This document shows positions 59,677-64,000 of a DNA stretch of 64,000 nt, one piece after another. The translations under genes were made by a program, and so were the position numbers. This DNA is from Candidatus Obscuribacterales bacterium. GTDB lineage: Bacteria > Cyanobacteriota > Vampirovibrionia > Obscuribacterales > Obscuribacteraceae. The notes under the pieces were generated by a model that was not told where the DNA came from, searched no databases, and saw nothing but the letters and a program-made list of their open reading frames with translations. The stretch is from contig CBDDIJ010000003.1 of assembly GCA_965228855.1 (NCBI GenBank), positions 3,200,001 to 3,264,000 on the forward strand, in the 5' to 3' direction. How positions within the stretch are numbered: the stretch's first letter is position 1; every line of letters begins with the position of its first letter.

Positions 59677-59686
59677 TCAGTCAACC

Positions 59687-61216
59687 ATGAGCGGAATGAA
59701 CAGAATTAAACTCGTTAGCCTTCTAACACTCATAGCTTTTATGGGAGTCCTACAGGCGCCTGCTTTTGCAAAAAAATCGTTCTTTCATCCGCTTGAGCTA
59801 TTTGAAAAAAAGCCGACATTCAACGTCCCAACAAAGTATGACACTCAGTCATCTCAGGACACTACGCAGTCACCAGACACTCAGAAATCACCGGACACTC
59901 CGCAGCTTCGGGGTGCTATCGCTGTTGATAGCGCGGCTTTCATTAGCTGGCGGCAGTTTTTTTCCGATCCTGCTCTTGTCGCCCTGATTGAAACAGCCCT
60001 GGCAAATAACCAAGAATTCAATATTACGCTTCAGGATATTCAAATTGCTGGCAACGAAGTGAGAGAAAGGCAGTCTGAGTATTGGCCTAAAGTTGGCGTG
60101 GGGCTTGGCGGAAGCTACATCAGACCATCCGAAAACACCCCGGAAGGCGTGTTGGACACAATTGTCGAGAGAGACTTTTACAGATACCCGGATTTCAATC
60201 TGAATCTGGGTCCTGCCCTGAGCTGGGAAGTGGATATCTGGAGAAGATTCAGGAATGCCAAAGAGGCAGCCAGAATGCGAATGATCGCACAGTACGAGGT
60301 CCGAAATTTTCTCATTTCCAGGCTCGTTACTGAAATAGCCCGCAACTACTATGAATTGATGGCTCTGGATACGTCGCTGAAGATACTGGATGCAAACATT
60401 ACCATCCAGGAAGCGGCGTTTCTAAAAATGAAGGCCTTGAAGCAATATGCCAAAGCAAACCAGTTAGCGGTCAATCGGTTTGAAGCGCAGTTAAACAAGA
60501 CTAGAAGCCAGCGGGCTGCAACCAGTCAGAGAGTTGTTGAAAAAGAGAATCGTCTGAAGTTCCTCACCGGTAGATATGATGAAGGGCCAATCGTCCGAAA
60601 CTCAGAGGAGTTTATGACGTTGCCGGTGAATGAATTGCAAACGGGTGTGCCTTCTCAACTTTTGGAAAACAGAGCCGATATTCGCCAGGCTGAAGCGGCA
60701 ATCAAGGCGGCAAAGCTCAATTTAAAAAGCGTCAAAGCTCAGCTATATCCAAACCTCACGATTCGGGCAGGTGTGGGCTTTTCGGGGTTTAGCCCCGCAC
60801 TGCTGTTTAAAACACCACAGTCGTTGTTCTATAACGCGATTGGTGACTTTATGCTTCCATTGATCAACAGAAGAGCCATCCTTGCACGAATTCAAACAGC
60901 CGATGCCCTGCAAACTCAAGCGGTTTTGACCTATGAGCAAACTCTGCTAAAAGCCTACACCGACGTACTTGTTCAGGAGTCAAACATAAGAAAAATGCAG
61001 CAGGCTTTTGATACCAAAAAGCGAGAGGTTGTCTTGCTTGAGGAATCTATCAGTACTGCGAATATGCTGTTTAAGTACGCCAAGGCAACTTACATCGAAG
61101 TGTTGCTTGTCCAGGAAGAGAAACTGAATGCCGAAAGAGAACTGGTTGAAGTGAAGATGAACCTGGTCGGGTCCAGAGTTGATCTCTATCGAGCACTAGG
61201 GGGCGGCTGGCGATAA
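59687..61216 (+). CDS. TolC/OprM-family outer membrane efflux protein
   Basis: Signal peptide, WRQFFSDP.L..LIETAL.NN, SWEVDIW, LYRALGGGW; start 59687 or 59696. Confidence 0.92.
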   Translation: MSGMNRIKLVSLLTLIAFMGVLQAPAFAKKSFFHPLELFEKKPTFNVPTKYDTQSSQDTTQSPDTQKSPDTPQLRGAIAVDSAAFISWRQFFSDPALVALIETALANNQEFNITLQDIQIAGNEVRERQSEYWPKVGVGLGGSYIRPSENTPEGVLDTIVERDFYRYPDFNLNLGPALSWEVDIWRRFRNAKEAARMRMIAQYEVRNFLISRLVTEIARNYYELMALDTSLKILDANITIQEAAFLKMKALKQYAKANQLAVNRFEAQLNKTRSQRAATSQRVVEKENRLKFLTGRYDEGPIVRNSEEFMTLPVNELQTGVPSQLLENRADIRQAEAAIKAAKLNLKSVKAQLYPNLTIRAGVGFSGFSPALLFKTPQSLFYNAIGDFMLPLINRRAILARIQTADALQTQAVLTYEQTLLKAYTDVLVQESNIRKMQQAFDTKKREVVLLEESISTANMLFKYAKATYIEVLLVQEEKLNAERELVEVKMNLVGSRVDLYRALGGGWR

Positions 61217-61315
61217 AAGAGCCTTCGATAAAGTCCACCTACTCAGTGAACTAATCAAACTTTGGGGTCGCTCTCGCCGCTGCAAAAACACTAAGACTGC
61301 TGACGACTAGCGTCC

Positions 61316-61744
61316 TTAAAGCTTCAGCAAGTTGCCGATTTCTTTCTCAACACTCGAAATCTCGGAATCGAAGCTATCAATCTGCTTTTGAATTTGCTTT
61401 TGAATTTTCTTCTCAACGAGCAGGCTGTCGCTCACGTTCGCTTTAGGCTGGACAACTTGCGTCATGTCGCGCTGATCGCGCGCGTAGATGTACTGGCTGT
61501 AAGGATTGACAGGCTGCTTAACGACAGCTTCACTTCCATCCGGAGTAACGGCTTGAACATACGTCATGCCAATCGCCGAAGGGACCAGTGTTGGTATGTA
61601 AGGTGGGGGCGGGGGAACGAGATAATTCTTTGCAGTGTGGGAACTTTTTCGCGAAGTCTTCGCCTCGGCAGACTCAGTACTCAGGGCGAAAGAACCGCTG
61701 AAGACGACGGCGAGGGACATTAGTGCTGCAACATTTCTGGTCAT
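61316..61744 (-). CDS. Secreted hypothetical protein
   Basis: Signal peptide ending AEA; poly-Pro motif. Confidence 0.7.
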   Translation of the reverse strand: MTRNVAALMSLAVVFSGSFALSTESAEAKTSRKSSHTAKNYLVPPPPPYIPTLVPSAIGMTYVQAVTPDGSEAVVKQPVNPYSQYIYARDQRDMTQVVQPKANVSDSLLVEKKIQKQIQKQIDSFDSEISSVEKEIGNLLKL

Positions 61745-62305
61745 TTGAAGGTCCCCTGAAGTCGAGGCTTTGGTGATCGCCAGCCTAACTTAATCTTACC
61801 ACTGCTCACCATTTATTCAATACCTGAGGGCTATTTCGTGAGCCATTTTGAAGAGCACGTATGATGGCGCGGATCGGATGTACAGAGGTTCTTGCCGTTG
61901 CTTCCGGGATCTTTTTGCCGACAAAATCGCAGCTCCGTCTGACCAAGCTCAGGAGTCCCGATGCACCGCCGGCGACACCGTTTCAGATCTAGCAAAAACT
62001 TGGCTCTATGGGCGTGGAGAGTATGCCTCGCTTGATTGACGAGACAGTTAGCAAACGAATCAAACTAGAAAACCTTACCACCGTATATGGTGCACTATTG
62101 CCAGACGGAACTATTCCAGCATTCAGCCAGAAGACCGAAACACGCATGTTGCGTCATTACATATTAGGACTGAACCATCTGGAAGCCACGCACGTTAAAA
62201 GGGTAGGCGAGGGTGCCCGACAGCTTCAACTAGAGAAGCGCACCCGATTTAAACGTTCAAACTTCGGTTAAGGGGAGAATTACGCTTCTTAGAATTGAGC
62301 CTAAC

Positions 62306-63829
62306 TTGTATGCTCATAGTATGAAGTATCAGGCGATTATGCTAACTCTGGTTGTTTTGCTGGCACTAGGCTGCTTTGTCCCGGATAAGCCTGCGCGCAT
62401 AAACAGCAGGACTGTCAGCCAAAGTTCAGCACACTGTTTAATTTCGAAGGGCGCGAAGTTACTGCCAGGAATCGTTACGTCAAGCCGATTCAATGCTCGA
62501 GAAATAGACGATCAACTTCAAGTAACAGACGCCTTTAACAGATCAATTGGATTAACCAATGAGACTCTCCGTTGCTTACAGCAAGGTAATAAGTTAATCG
62601 ATCTGAATGACGCTAAAGGCGCCATAGCATTCTTTGATCGTGCGATAAAGCAAAATCCAAAATATGCGTCGGCGTATACCAATCGAGGAATCGCGTTCTC
62701 CCAGCTCGGTGACAATTCGCGCGCAGCGATTGACCTCAAAAAAGCGATCGAGCTAAATCCAAAGGTTGCTTGGGCATACAACAATTTAGGCACTGTGAAG
62801 CACGAGAGCAACGATCTCAAGGGAGCTATCGACTGCTACACGCTAGCAATAGAATTGTCTCCAGACAGCAGAATTTTGGAAAATCGTGGATCCGCCAGGC
62901 AGCTTCTCGGAGACACTCGAGGCTCTTTAGAAGATTACAATCAGTCAATTAGTCTAAATCCGACATACGGTCGCGCATACGGCAGTCGAGCCTCTCTTCT
63001 GAAGGAGTTAGGACATGAACAGGGGGCGCTAAGAGACTATTCCGAGGCAATTTTTCTAGATCCTACAGATCATTGGGCACTTGAGTGTCGGGGAAATATT
63101 CTATCCCAACAAGGCAAATGTCACGAAGCCTTGGCCGACTACAGTAAAGCTATCAGACTTCAGGAAGCAGAAAATTTGAAATTCGGTGCAAATTATTCCA
63201 ATGATCGCATCATTCGTAAAACTAGTCTGGCGGGCACTTATTGCAATCGGGGGGCTGCCTGGAAAGAAATTGGCGATCGGAAGAATGCGATTCGAGATTT
63301 TGAAAAGGCTATCCAAATTGATCCGAAGTTCGTGTGGTCCTACTATCAATTGGGAACTGCGCGCTCGGACAAGCGGCGCGCAATAGATGATTTTACCCAA
63401 GCTATTGCTGTAGATTCGACATTTAGACCGGCGTTTCAAGAGCGCGGATTCGAGCGTCTTTCGCTCGGGGACAAGAACGGTGCGGTAGAAGATTTTAGCC
63501 AAGCGATCAAGCTAGACCCGAGCTATGGTATCAACTATCTAATGCGTGGATTTATCAATTCAGAAGTCGGAGATGTCGAGGGTGCTATATCTGATTTCGG
63601 TCAGGCCATCCGACTCGACTCGAGAATCCGCTGTGATGCTTATTGTGATCGTGGATGCCTGCGGGCAAAAACTGGCGACAACATGGGCGCATTTGAAGAT
63701 TTTAGAAACGCAATTCAAATTGATTTGCACAAAGCACTCGGTCATCTTCCTCAGCTCGGAAAAGACATCTTTGACAGAATAGCGAATTCAATCGCAGGCG
63801 ACGTCGGAGATGCGCTCGCAAGATTGTAG
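62306..63829 (+). CDS. TPR repeat protein
   Basis: More than ten AY.NRG...GA..D...AI.L.P repeats; probable start 62321. Confidence 0.92.
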   Translation: MYAHSMKYQAIMLTLVVLLALGCFVPDKPARINSRTVSQSSAHCLISKGAKLLPGIVTSSRFNAREIDDQLQVTDAFNRSIGLTNETLRCLQQGNKLIDLNDAKGAIAFFDRAIKQNPKYASAYTNRGIAFSQLGDNSRAAIDLKKAIELNPKVAWAYNNLGTVKHESNDLKGAIDCYTLAIELSPDSRILENRGSARQLLGDTRGSLEDYNQSISLNPTYGRAYGSRASLLKELGHEQGALRDYSEAIFLDPTDHWALECRGNILSQQGKCHEALADYSKAIRLQEAENLKFGANYSNDRIIRKTSLAGTYCNRGAAWKEIGDRKNAIRDFEKAIQIDPKFVWSYYQLGTARSDKRRAIDDFTQAIAVDSTFRPAFQERGFERLSLGDKNGAVEDFSQAIKLDPSYGINYLMRGFINSEVGDVEGAISDFGQAIRLDSRIRCDAYCDRGCLRAKTGDNMGAFEDFRNAIQIDLHKALGHLPQLGKDIFDRIANSIAGDVGDALARL

Positions 63830-64000
63830 ACAAGTTTTGAAATCGTTGGCTGTGAACTCCTGAAGACAAATCGATTAGAATGTATCGAATTCGATTGCCG
63901 TACAAGACTTTCAGGAGCCTCGTAGATGCCCAGACCAGTTTCGATTGTATTGATATTAGTCTTTTTGCTCGTTGCAAATTTCAGTACGCTCGCACTCCCG

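Noticed and set aside
58805..59686. 803-aa ORF as an N-terminally extended TolC
   Set aside because: The extension is the repeat read in another frame; a signal peptide begins at 59687/59696.

Overview
Bacterial chromosomal window. The gene families (Ser/Thr kinases with LRRs, many TPR and TonB-C proteins, type III glutamine synthetase, LpxI) suggest a non-photosynthetic cyanobacterial relative such as Vampirovibrionia/Obscuribacterales; this is inference only. Four zones. (1) 1-11.3 kb: housekeeping and signalling genes. (2) About 11.37-30.20 kb: an ~18.8 kb integrative, satellite-like element inserted in tRNA-Arg(ACG), with clear attL/attR, a tyrosine integrase, an AlpA/Xis-like HTH, a P-loop ATPase and an AEP primase. 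Its cargo looks defensive: type IIG R-M, EVE, PD-(D/E)xK, GIY-YIG, TPR-HEPN-like and ApeA-like HEPN proteins. It also carries two unusual genes: an apparently split prohead-protease-like membrane protein and a DnaB C-terminal domain with every catalytic motif altered. (3) 30.2-44.2 kb: a mosaic region with a metallopeptidase toxin/immunity-like pair, an orphan toxin tip, pseudogenes and collinear short repeats. (4) 44-64 kb: membrane and signalling genes plus an RND efflux operon whose permease has a ~35-unit Pro/Ala repeat tail. All family calls come from motif recognition by eye; no database searches were run.
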